A stretch of DNA of 64,000 bases, taken from contig CBDCDC010000002.1 in NCBI GenBank assembly GCA_965215195.1, positions 2,144,001 to 2,208,000 of the forward strand, read 5' to 3'. The DNA is from Candidatus Latescibacterota bacterium (GTDB lineage Bacteria > Latescibacterota > UBA2968 > UBA8231). Position 1 is the stretch's first letter, and each line of letters opens with the position of its first letter. This document shows positions 21,260 through 30,102 of this stretch, one piece after another. The notes beneath the pieces are model-generated. The model had not been told where the DNA came from and did no database searches. It saw only the letters and a list, made by a program, of their open reading frames with translations. The translations under genes and the position numbers were made by a program.

Positions 21260-21547
21260 TTAGGGAACACACTCGCAACGCAAAAAGAATAAGCTACAGT
21301 CTTCAAACTGTTCGTAATAGCAGCACCGGTTTGGTGCGTCACGATTCTTCCTTGCACATCCTGAGTTGTAGGGGCAATCATCGCTAAAAATGCGATGGTC
21401 GCACTCGTGATCGTCAGCTTTGACTTGCTTCGCCCCGAGCAGGATGGCGACCCCGGTGAGGGCGCTGATGACCCACCCGAGCCCCAACCCCTGCCGCATC
21501 GGAGCCAAGCCGCTCGACGACGTGAAGAATTCCCTCAAGCTATCCAT
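21260..21547 (-). CDS. Small Cys-rich precursor (95 aa), conserved leader plus 8-Cys core, no CTD
   Basis: MDSLREFFTSSSGLAPMRQGLGLGWVISALTGVAILLGAKQVKA|DDHECDH...CECVP; SD AGGAGG; first clear gene after the sigma54 promoter. Confidence 0.85.
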   Translation of the reverse strand: MDSLREFFTSSSGLAPMRQGLGLGWVISALTGVAILLGAKQVKADDHECDHRIFSDDCPYNSGCARKNRDAPNRCCYYEQFEDCSLFFLRCECVP

Positions 21548-21690
21548 GCTTCTTTCCTCCTGATAACTCCAGTACCTCCGCGACCCCATGCCGCTACAAT
21601 ACTGGAAGTGAGCGTTGAGCAATGGCCGATACGAGTCCGTATTATCTCACCTCCTTTCGTCTGCATCGGCCTTGCCTTCGCGGAGTATAT

Positions 21691-21707
21691 ATGCAAGTTC
21701 CGTGCCA
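21691..21707 (-). promoter_or_regulatory. Sigma54 (-24/-12) promoter
   Basis: Minus strand TGGCACGGAACTTGCAT matches consensus TGGCACG-N4-TTGCW. Confidence 0.85.
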
Positions 21708-21830
21708 ACAAGCAGGCCACGCACAAAAAAATCCTTTAGGATGCACCTAAAGGATTGAAAAACATGATACTTAAAATTATGGAAAGGGTCTCTCTACGAT
21801 GCGCGGCCTCAGCCATTGGCGCAAGGCAGC

Positions 21831-21886
21831 ATACGATTTTCCGTATTTAATACGATTTTCCGTATCCTCAATACGATTTTCCGTAT
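21831..21886. promoter_or_regulatory. Three ATACG-N6-CGTAT palindromes; putative enhancer (UAS) for the sigma54 activator
   Basis: ATACGATTTTCCGTAT at 21831, 21850 and 21871, about 125-180 bp upstream of the -24 box. Confidence 0.7.
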
Positions 21887-21960
21887 GCGCTGAGGCCCCA
21901 CCATCCCACTTTCGCTCCACAGCATTGAGGCGGGCGGAAGAAGCCGCGGGATAAACTTAT

Positions 21961-23078
21961 GGAATCTCTGATTAAGTTTTCTGGCGTATTCTTCCCTGAG
22001 CGGCTATTGTCTAAGGCAACGGAGCCGATGCGATGCACCAACTCCGTTGTTCCGATGAAGCCTATCCCCCTAAGAAGAAGACCACCCGTAAAGAACGCTT
22101 TCTGTCGGAGATGCATGACCTGTTACCGTGGCACGCTCTGCTCCAACCGATTGAGCAGAAGTATCCGAAACCGGGTAGGGGTCGGCGTCCGATTCCGGCG
22201 GCGGTGATGGGGCGGATTTACTTCCTGCAACAGTGGTATGGCTTGAGTGATCCGGCGATGGAAGACAGTCTGTATGATGTCGAAACGATGCGCCGCTTCG
22301 CGGGGGTGACGCTTGACCGCATTCCGGATGAGACGACGATCTGCAAGTTCCGCCACTTCTTGGAGAAGCATCGTTTGACGGAGGCCTTGTTTCAGCGTAC
22401 CGCACAGTATCTGTCGGCACGGGGTATGCTCGTCCGCGCGTGGACCCTCGTGGACGCGACGATCGTCCACGCGCCCACGTCGACGAAGAACCAAGCCCAG
22501 GCTCGGGACCCGCAGATGGGGTCTACGAAGCAGGGGACGACGTGGTATTTTGGCCTCAAAGCGCATGTGGGTAGTGATCTTCAGGGGCGGGTGCCTCGCG
22601 TCGTGGTGCCCTCGGCCTCGGGGCATGATTCGACGGGGATGGACGAGTGTTTGCATGGCCAAGAACAGGTCATCTATGGCGACAAAGCCCATGCCCGTGC
22701 CCAACGCCAAGCCGCCGCCGAATCGGATAGTATTCAGTGGCGGGTGCTTCGCAAAGCCCGCCGCCGCAAGAAGCTGACCGGGGCCGATCGTGCGTTCAAC
22801 CCAAAGAGCAACCGCGTCCGAGCCCGGGTCGAACATGCCTTTGGGGTCATCAAGCACCTGTGGGGCTATCGCAAAGTGCACTATCGCGGGTTGGCCAATT
22901 TCTATCTGGCGCGTAGCGCATTGGCCGCGAGGTAGGCCGCCGTCGGTCCCGAGGGGGGGATCGGGACGAGGAACGGGGAGAAAAACACCGGAAAAATAGA
23001 GCCCGGTGCCCATGTGGTACGGAATATAACACTCAGAGGTGGCTGTTAAATAAAAAAACTGACTTGATCAGAGGTTCC
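21961..23078 (+). mobile_element. IS5-family insertion sequence, probably degenerate
   Basis: TIRs GGAATCTCTGATTAAGT / ACTTGATCAGAGGTTCC; flanks (TTAT vs TATA) do not form a target duplication. Confidence 0.85.
22033..22935 (+). CDS. IS5-family DDE transposase, possibly inactive
   Basis: KTTRKERFL.EM..LLPW, LQQWYGLSD..MED, PDETTI.KFR, VDATI, FGLKAHVG, GDKA, RARVEH motifs; C-terminus looks internally shortened. Confidence 0.85.
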   Translation: MHQLRCSDEAYPPKKKTTRKERFLSEMHDLLPWHALLQPIEQKYPKPGRGRRPIPAAVMGRIYFLQQWYGLSDPAMEDSLYDVETMRRFAGVTLDRIPDETTICKFRHFLEKHRLTEALFQRTAQYLSARGMLVRAWTLVDATIVHAPTSTKNQAQARDPQMGSTKQGTTWYFGLKAHVGSDLQGRVPRVVVPSASGHDSTGMDECLHGQEQVIYGDKAHARAQRQAAAESDSIQWRVLRKARRRKKLTGADRAFNPKSNRVRARVEHAFGVIKHLWGYRKVHYRGLANFYLARSALAAR

Positions 23079-23323
23079 TATAATGGATGCTTGGGCGGTC
23101 CCATGCTGTCTTATCCTCGTTCGAGTCAAACAGCTCAACGCAATGGCCTCTTAGAAGCGGTCCTAAGTACGCGACCCTTACTTTGAGTACGCATTTTCTG
23201 CTGTGTCCGATATGTCCAGGATCGAGGGCGTCTCGCCCTCGCACCCAAGCCTCTGGGGCCGCAGAGGCCGGCACGAGAGGTTTGTCACGCCTCTTCACCG
23301 CGCCTGGTGCAGCAGACAACTCC
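23079..23323. repeat. REP-like intergenic block (copy 3), cut by the IS5 right end
   Basis: Homologous to 1790-2080. Confidence 0.8.
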
Positions 23324-25414
23324 TCACGGCAGCTTCGTCGTCTTTTTCGCTTCCACTCGCCCATCCACTTCGACCCGATAGACATACACCCCGGCGGCCA
23401 CGTCTTTGCCCGCCGCGTCGCGGCCGTCCCACACAAACCGATGATTCCCCGCCCGCAGCGGACCATCCCACACCTGCCGCACCCGACGACCCAACACATC
23501 GTACACCGTCAGCGACACCCCCGCCGCGTCCGTCGCTAAATCAAGAGGGATCACCACCGCCGGATTGAACGGATTGGGATAGCTGTCGCCGAGCCGATGG
23601 CTCACCGGTCGGCCCGCTGCCGCTGGCGTCAGCACCGCGGTCATCTGTTCGCCCACCAGACTCTTGAGCACATGTACGCCGCCCAATACCGAATCCAACA
23701 CCACCAAGTCCAGATCGCCGTCGCCATCGACATCGCCGGAAAGCACCTGTACCCCATCGCCGGCCAAGCGATGGGTCTCTACTTCTTTAGTTGGGTTCGC
23801 ACCTCCGCCCCATTCGATAAACACGCCAAAACCCGAGGCGCGGTCCCCGCCGACAAACGCCCAATCATCTACCCCATCGGCGTCCAAGTCATGCACCATC
23901 ACCGGAGAGCGTAGAAACAGCCGTCCATCATACAGCACCTCCTCTTCTACACCGTCCCCAAGTCGATGGCTCCGCACAACGAGACCCTTGCGATGTTCGG
24001 GGCCTTCGTAGCGCAAGGCCGCCAGCAAATCGACTTGCCCATTGCCATCAAAATCGCCCGTTCGTAAAAAAGTGGCTGAATCGAGGCTCCGGGCGGGCTC
24101 GAAGACCAATAGGGAACCCTCCGTAAATTCACCTCTCAACCGAGACATAACCCATGTGTGGGCTTGGCCGAAGATGGGTGCCCACAGCACGTCCAACTCC
24201 CCATCGCCCGTAAGGTCGCCCACCTGAAAGGGACCATGATCCTCGGGGAGTGCCGCCAACCGCGAAGCAGTCCATACGCCACCCGCTACATCCCAGACTT
24301 CCAAATAGGAGTCGTCTTCAGAAAAAAGTTCGACATCGCCGTCGCCATCCCAATCCACGAGATCCACCATATAGCGATCGCTCATCTGCGCGAGCACCTC
24401 AATCTGGAGGGCTGGCCCCAGAGACCAAACCGCTGGTTTACCATTTATAACCAGCACAATCTCATCGGTCCCATCGCCGGTCAAGTCGCCCGCCTGCACA
24501 TTCAAGGAAGCCAATCCCGTCTCCTCGGTGAGGACGGATTCAAAGGCCCCTTCGCCATCGTTAAGGGCTATGACCCAACCGTCTGTGGACAATCCCTTGG
24601 GCGGGAAATGGTCCCAAACAGCAAAAAGGTCTAAGTCGCCATCGCCATCCAAATCCGTCAAGACGCCGGCCCTGCGGTCTCCTCTAACGAAGGAGTCCCC
24701 TAAACCTAGCACAATGGGATAGAAAACCGGCGGCGCAAAACGTCCAGCACCCTCAAAGTGAAAATACTCAGCTTGAGGAGGTGGCAATTCCCCCTGTAAG
24801 ATCTCTTCCACGCCGGCCAACTCAATCCAGTCGATCTCCAAGCCGCCCACCTTCGCCTCGGCCGGGCGCGGTACATTTATTTCGCCCTGATCCAAGTAAA
24901 AACTCAGCCGAATATCCCTCAACGCACCGTCCCATAGAATCTCATCCTGGTCTGCAATGGAGATTGCTACTTCTTGCCACTCGGTCGTGAAAACAAAATT
25001 CCGTGGACCCGGGATCCGAAAGCGTCGTTTAGTAGGAAACTCAGGATCGTGCCCCGGCAGCATGAGGTTGTGTTCATTGGTCCATTTGAAGTTAAAAAAA
25101 CCTAACGTGGGGATGTGATGGATCGTGCGGAACCGAATCTGCACCCGGTCGAAAAGGGCCGATTCGTAGCCTATCGTAGGAGAAATCACTTCGACACTCG
25201 GATTATCGTCATCCGAACGAAACGCCTCAATTGCCCACACGTCGTCTGCAACCACCCCAGACAATAGGTGAAACGAATGACGGCCGCCGGATGAAACGTC
25301 CTTTTTGGCGGACCACCCTTGGGTCGTCTCGCCATCGAAATCCCACCGAATCGCCTCAGTGGAGCTACCCCATAGCATCACGCATATAAAAACGAGGGGC
25401 TTCAACATAATCAC
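23324..25414 (-). CDS. FG-GAP/FlgD-CTD secreted protein, paralog 7 (most divergent)
   Basis: 696 aa; same framework with many substitutions, but the CTD is near-identical to the others. Confidence 0.85.
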   Translation of the reverse strand: MIMLKPLVFICVMLWGSSTEAIRWDFDGETTQGWSAKKDVSSGGRHSFHLLSGVVADDVWAIEAFRSDDDNPSVEVISPTIGYESALFDRVQIRFRTIHHIPTLGFFNFKWTNEHNLMLPGHDPEFPTKRRFRIPGPRNFVFTTEWQEVAISIADQDEILWDGALRDIRLSFYLDQGEINVPRPAEAKVGGLEIDWIELAGVEEILQGELPPPQAEYFHFEGAGRFAPPVFYPIVLGLGDSFVRGDRRAGVLTDLDGDGDLDLFAVWDHFPPKGLSTDGWVIALNDGEGAFESVLTEETGLASLNVQAGDLTGDGTDEIVLVINGKPAVWSLGPALQIEVLAQMSDRYMVDLVDWDGDGDVELFSEDDSYLEVWDVAGGVWTASRLAALPEDHGPFQVGDLTGDGELDVLWAPIFGQAHTWVMSRLRGEFTEGSLLVFEPARSLDSATFLRTGDFDGNGQVDLLAALRYEGPEHRKGLVVRSHRLGDGVEEEVLYDGRLFLRSPVMVHDLDADGVDDWAFVGGDRASGFGVFIEWGGGANPTKEVETHRLAGDGVQVLSGDVDGDGDLDLVVLDSVLGGVHVLKSLVGEQMTAVLTPAAAGRPVSHRLGDSYPNPFNPAVVIPLDLATDAAGVSLTVYDVLGRRVRQVWDGPLRAGNHRFVWDGRDAAGKDVAAGVYVYRVEVDGRVEAKKTTKLP

Positions 25415-25427
25415 TCACTTTCTCACA

Positions 25428-25665
25428 TGGATGCTTGGGCGGTCCCATGCCGTCTTATCCTCGTTTGCGTCAAATAGCTCAACGCAATGGCCTCTTAGAA
25501 GCGGTCCTAAGTACGCGACCCTCACTTTGAGTACGCATTTTCTGCTGTGTCCGATGGGTCCAGGATCGAGGGCGTCCCGCCCTCGACGAGGGCAAGATGC
25601 CCTCGCACCCAAGCCTCTGGGGTTTGTCACGCCTCTTCACCGCGCCTAGTGCAGCAGACAACTCC
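25428..25665. repeat. REP-like intergenic block (copy 4)
   Basis: Near-identical to 27258-27495. Confidence 0.8.
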
Positions 25666-25855
25666 TCACGGCAGCTTCGTCGTCTTTTTCGCTTCCACCC
25701 GCCCGTCGATTTCGACCCGATAGACATACACCCCAGCGGCCACCGCCTTACCTTCCCCGTCGCGCCCATCCCACACAAACCGATGGCTCCCCGCCGCCAG
25801 CGACCCGTCCCACACCTGCCGCACCCGACGACCCAACACTTCGTACACCGTCAAT
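25666..25855 (-). pseudogene. Orphan FlgD-CTD 3' fragment
   Basis: LTVYEVLGRRVR...KKTTKLP* starting just after the DUF4159 stop; lacks YPNPFNP and any N-terminal part. Confidence 0.75.
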
Positions 25856-25858
25856 CCC

Positions 25859-27205
25859 TCACTCCGCATCAACTAATTGCCGTGCCAGCGATCCCTCCCG
25901 CGTCAACGCATACACCACGACATTGACGCCCAAATTATACACCAACGGCTCCTCGGCACTGAAGAGAGACGAGTGGTTGATTACGTTATTCGCCAAAGAC
26001 CAATCCATCAACTCCCGACCGATGCCCGCCCAGAAATCGGCATAGCCGCGCATTGAATACACCCCCACCAACTGCTCCCCAACTACGATGCCCTCCAAAT
26101 AGTCCGGGGTACGGGGCGGGTAGTCTTGTCCGTCAACGACAAAGTTCATATCGCGCATCCCCCGCGGCAGACTGTTTACATCGTAGAAGCAATGATAGAG
26201 CGGATGGGTTAGCTCTAGGCGAGTAAACTTCCAGTCCTTCCATTCTTGATAGCCCACCGCTTGGAAGCTGGCGCGAATGAGGGAACGCACCGCCGGAATA
26301 TCCAATTCGTCATCGCTGTAATTGGGCCACAAAAAGCGCACAATGTCCGCAAACAGGAAGCCGCCGCCGGTCAAATACGTCCCTAAATTGGCCGCCTCGC
26401 TGTCCGTAAACTCAAAGGGGGTATCGGCGGTCAGGAGGACGAAGGGGACTTGCAAAAGCTGCGGATCGTCGAGCCGAACCGCGTCGCGCACCTCAACGTG
26501 AACCTGCGTTGTGGCGACCATCTTGTCGGCCAACCCTTGCAGCATCCGCCGTTCCACCAAGCGGCGCGGCATCTGGTGATACCAGCGCACTTGTCTGTTT
26601 TCGGCCTGTTCACTGTATTCAGCCCGTTCGATGGAAGGGCTGTAAATGCCGGACATATAGAGAAAGCCCTTGAGCTTGCGCCGGTCTTGGGGATCAACGA
26701 CCACCATCGCCCGGTGCTGACCCGTGTCCATCGCCTGCACATCCATCAGTTCCAACGCCAAGTCAATCTCGTCGGCCCCCTGCCGCACTCCTTCCAATGC
26801 CCCAACCCGTAGGGACGGACCAATGTGCCGAGCGGGGAAGTCCGGCACCGGCAGCACCAGCCGTGCCGGCAACGACGCCGTCGGCAGCCGGAGCGCCGAG
26901 GTCTGGAACAGGGGCAACGGCCGCGTCGCCGACGGTGCCGGCCGCATGGCCACCACCGGGGCCGCTTGCAGGGCGGAGCGGCGCACTAAGGGACGCTGTT
27001 GGGGCCTCTGCCGGCGGGCGAGGGTGCGTGGCAGCGGGCGCTTCTTGGTAAACTTCACCATGATCGGCGGTTGCACGGGAAAGTGAGTAGCCCGCTCATG
27101 GCGCGGAATTCCGAAGATCACCAGCAGATGCAAAGCCAGCGACAGCGCCAAGCAGCTTTGCAGCTTTCTATTTTTTCTGAATGGGACTTTCCACGGTCGT
27201 TTCAT
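25859..27205 (-). CDS. DUF4159-domain protein (copy 3)
   Basis: 448 aa; C-terminal half near-identical to 396-1742. Confidence 0.8.
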   Translation of the reverse strand: MKRPWKVPFRKNRKLQSCLALSLALHLLVIFGIPRHERATHFPVQPPIMVKFTKKRPLPRTLARRQRPQQRPLVRRSALQAAPVVAMRPAPSATRPLPLFQTSALRLPTASLPARLVLPVPDFPARHIGPSLRVGALEGVRQGADEIDLALELMDVQAMDTGQHRAMVVVDPQDRRKLKGFLYMSGIYSPSIERAEYSEQAENRQVRWYHQMPRRLVERRMLQGLADKMVATTQVHVEVRDAVRLDDPQLLQVPFVLLTADTPFEFTDSEAANLGTYLTGGGFLFADIVRFLWPNYSDDELDIPAVRSLIRASFQAVGYQEWKDWKFTRLELTHPLYHCFYDVNSLPRGMRDMNFVVDGQDYPPRTPDYLEGIVVGEQLVGVYSMRGYADFWAGIGRELMDWSLANNVINHSSLFSAEEPLVYNLGVNVVVYALTREGSLARQLVDAE

Positions 27206-27225
27206 CGGCTCACCTCCCTTCGCAA

Positions 27226-27495
27226 AGCAGGATTAAACCGGCGTAAATCCAGTATAATGGATGCTTGGGCGGTCTCATGCCGTCTTATCCTCGTTCGAGT
27301 CAAACAGCTCAACGCAATGGCCTCTTAGAAGCGGCCCTAAGTACGCGACCCTCACTTTGAGTACGCATTTTCTGCTGTGTCCGATGGGTCCGGGATCGAG
27401 GGCGTCCCGCCCTCGACGAGGGCAAGATGCCCTCGCACCCAAGCCTCTGGGGTTTGTCACACCTCTTCACCGCGCCTAGTGAAGCAGACAACTCC
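27226..27495. repeat. REP-like intergenic block (copy 5) with FMN-gene 5' remnant
   Basis: Same junction to the DUF4159 start as at 1745-1815. Confidence 0.8.
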
Positions 27496-27685
27496 TCACG
27501 GCAGCTTCGTCGTCTTTTTCGCTTCCACTCGCCCATCCACTTCGACCCGATAGACATACACCCCGGCGGCCACGTCTCTGCCCGCCGCGTCGCGGCCATC
27601 CCACACAAAACGATGGCTCCCCGCCCGCAGCGGCCCCTGCCACACTGGCCGCACCCGACGACCCAACACTTCGTACACCGTCAAT
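27496..27685 (-). pseudogene. Orphan FlgD-CTD 3' fragment
   Basis: Same breakpoint as 25666-25855. Confidence 0.75.
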
Positions 27686-27688
27686 CCC

Positions 27689-29026
27689 TCACTCCGCATC
27701 GACTAGTTGCCGTGCCAGTGATCCCTCGCGCGTCAGGGCATACACCAAGAGATTCACCCCCAAATCATACACCAACGGCTCTTCGGCACTAGCGAAAGAC
27801 GGGCTGTTCATTGCGTTCTCCGCCAAAGACCAATCCAGCAACTCCTTACCTTTTCCCCCAAAAAAATCGGCGTAGCCCTTCATCGAGTACACCCCGACCA
27901 ACTGCTCCCCAACTACGATGCCCTCCAAATAGTCCGGGGTGCGCGGCGGGTATTCTCCAACGGTAAAGTGCATATCGCGCATCCCGCGCGGCAGGCTATT
28001 TACATCGTAGAAGCAATGATAGAGCGGATGGGTTAGCCCCAAGCGGGTAAACTGCCAGTCCTTCCATTCTTGATAACCCACCGCTTGGAAGCTGGCGCGA
28101 ATGAGGGAACGCACCGCCGGAATGTCTAATTCATCGTCGCTGTATTTGGGTCGCAAAAAGCGCACAATCTCGGCAAACAGGAAGCCGCCGCTGGTCAAAT
28201 ACCCCCCTAAATTGGCTGCCTCGCTGTCCGTAAACTCAAAGGGGGTAGCGAAGGTCATGAGGACGAAGGGGACTTGCAAAAGCTGGGGATCGTCGAGCCG
28301 GACCGCGTCGCGCACTTCGACGTGAACCTGCGTCTTGGCGACCATCTTATCGGCCAACCCGTGCAGCATCCGCCGTTCTATCACTTGGCGCGGCATCTCA
28401 TAATAGAAGCGCCCTTGTGAGGAGTTGGTCTGTTCGGACTCAGCCCGTTCAATAGAAGGGCTATAAACACCGGACATATAGAGGAAGCCCTTGAGCTTGC
28501 GCCGGTCTTGGGGATCGACCACCACCATCGCCCGGTGCCGACCCGTGTCCATCGCCTGCACATCCAGCAACTCCAAGCCCAAGTCAATCTCATCGGCCCC
28601 TTGCCGCGTCCCTTCCAACGCTCCAGCCCGCAGTTGCGGACCAATGTGCCGCGCCGGGAAATCCGGCACCGGCAGCACCAGCCGATTCGGCAGCGATGCC
28701 GACGGCAGCCGAAGCGCCGATGTTTTGAACACCGGCAGGGGACGCGACGCCGACGGTGCCGGCCGCATGGCCACGACCGGGGCGGCTTGCAGGGCGGCGC
28801 GGCGCACCAACGGGCGCTCGCGGGGCCGTTGCCGCCGGCTGAGGGTGCGCGGCAGCGGCCGCTTCTTGGTAAACTTCACCATGATCGGCGGTTGCACGGG
28901 AAAGTGCGTGACCCGCTCATGGCGTGGGAGTCCGAAGATCACCAGCAGATGCAAAGCCAGCGACAACGCCAAGCAGCTTTGCAGCTTTCTATTGCTTCGG
29001 AACGGGACTTTCCACGGCCGTTTCAT
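27689..29026 (-). CDS. DUF4159-domain protein (copy 4, in the complete operon)
   Basis: 445 aa; translationally coupled to GT2 (ATGA overlap). Confidence 0.8.
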   Translation of the reverse strand: MKRPWKVPFRSNRKLQSCLALSLALHLLVIFGLPRHERVTHFPVQPPIMVKFTKKRPLPRTLSRRQRPRERPLVRRAALQAAPVVAMRPAPSASRPLPVFKTSALRLPSASLPNRLVLPVPDFPARHIGPQLRAGALEGTRQGADEIDLGLELLDVQAMDTGRHRAMVVVDPQDRRKLKGFLYMSGVYSPSIERAESEQTNSSQGRFYYEMPRQVIERRMLHGLADKMVAKTQVHVEVRDAVRLDDPQLLQVPFVLMTFATPFEFTDSEAANLGGYLTSGGFLFAEIVRFLRPKYSDDELDIPAVRSLIRASFQAVGYQEWKDWQFTRLGLTHPLYHCFYDVNSLPRGMRDMHFTVGEYPPRTPDYLEGIVVGEQLVGVYSMKGYADFFGGKGKELLDWSLAENAMNSPSFASAEEPLVYDLGVNLLVYALTREGSLARQLVDAE

Positions 29027-30102
29027 CGGCTCCCGTCCTTTCGCAAAGGATGGAGATCGAGCATTAACGTACGCTCCGCCATTTCGCCGCTCGATATGGT
29101 CTGATGCGTTTCGTGAAACGCCATCAGGCTAGGGAGGCGCATCTCCTCTGGAATTAGGCGATCCGGCCATAGAGCAGCGAGCCAAAATTCGATCAGGCAT
29201 AGCTTGGGATCCTCGTTCTTCTCCACCATGTGGGCTATAGATCTATGCCGTTTTTGCGATTCTGCGAACGCATTTTGGGGGCTGAAAAAGTCGTGGTGAT
29301 GATACAGGTGATAGCTCTGCGCCTTGGCTGCAAAGCGCATGTTGCAGCCATTCCGCATGAGGCGATAGGCCAAATCCCATCCCTCAGAGTGGGGCATCTC
29401 TTCGTCAAACCCACCGACTTCCTCAAGGGCGACGCGCGGGGCCGAAGCATTGTGTGGATAAAAACTGATCCAACCGATCGGCGAATCGGGCACGTTGTCA
29501 AAGAGTACTTGTACTTGGTCTTGCATTAATTTTATCTCCGGGAACGGATATATCCCTTCTCGGGCTAATGGGGTGATCGCAGCGAAATCGGACTGTATCA
29601 TCGCCTCGGTCACCCGAAATTTTTCTGGGTACATACGTATAATATGAGCAACCGATGCCGGAGCGTCCTCCCAAGGAAGGCCACTATGCGGGTCTTGGAC
29701 ATATTCCAAGCGAGGTAAGCAATAGTGGAATCCGCTCGTTACGCCGTTGTAGCGCTGAAATAGGTGCCAATGTTGGGCTAACCAATCGGGACCCGGTAGC
29801 GCGTCGCCATCTAAAAAGGCGACTACCTCTCCCCGCGCTTCCGCGATACCGATATTCCGCGCTCGACAGCGTCCTACATTGGTACGCAAGGGAATGACTT
29901 TTATGGGCATGTGCTCATACTCACGCAGAAAATCCCCTGTTCCGTCCGTGCTGCCATCGTCCACCACGATAACCTCAAACTGGCCTTCGGGGAGTGTTTG
30001 AACGGCCAAGCCGCTTAAAACAAGCCGCAACCGATCGCGCTGATTGTGTGCGGCAATGACGACAGAAATATCCATTTCGCTAGCTCCCTTATATACATTC
30101 AA
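29023..30102 (-). CDS. Glycosyltransferase family 2 (copy 1)
   Basis: DDGSTDGT, FLDGD, GGFDE motifs; paralog of 17575-18651. Confidence 0.9.
   Translation of the reverse strand: MNVYKGASEMDISVVIAAHNQRDRLRLVLSGLAVQTLPEGQFEVIVVDDGSTDGTGDFLREYEHMPIKVIPLRTNVGRCRARNIGIAEARGEVVAFLDGDALPGPDWLAQHWHLFQRYNGVTSGFHYCLPRLEYVQDPHSGLPWEDAPASVAHIIRMYPEKFRVTEAMIQSDFAAITPLAREGIYPFPEIKLMQDQVQVLFDNVPDSPIGWISFYPHNASAPRVALEEVGGFDEEMPHSEGWDLAYRLMRNGCNMRFAAKAQSYHLYHHHDFFSPQNAFAESQKRHRSIAHMVEKNEDPKLCLIEFWLAALWPDRLIPEEMRLPSLMAFHETHQTISSGEMAERTLMLDLHPLRKDGSR

Noticed and set aside
21755-21782. IHF site between promoter and enhancer
   Set aside because: AT-rich and plausibly placed, but the best match (TATCATGTTTTTC) deviates from WATCARNNNNTTR at two positions
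1764-27495. Integron attC cassette array
   Set aside because: No integron integrase; the repeats are explained by gene remnants and REP-like hairpins, and I saw no consistent RYYYAAC/GTTRRRY boxes
1770-27608. Recurrent short ORFs such as '...GRDALDPGPIGHSRKCVLKVRVAYLGPLLRGHCVELFD...' and 'MCWVVGCGR...'
   Set aside because: Translations of the repeated intergenic block or alternative frames of the CTD; starts and frames differ between copies
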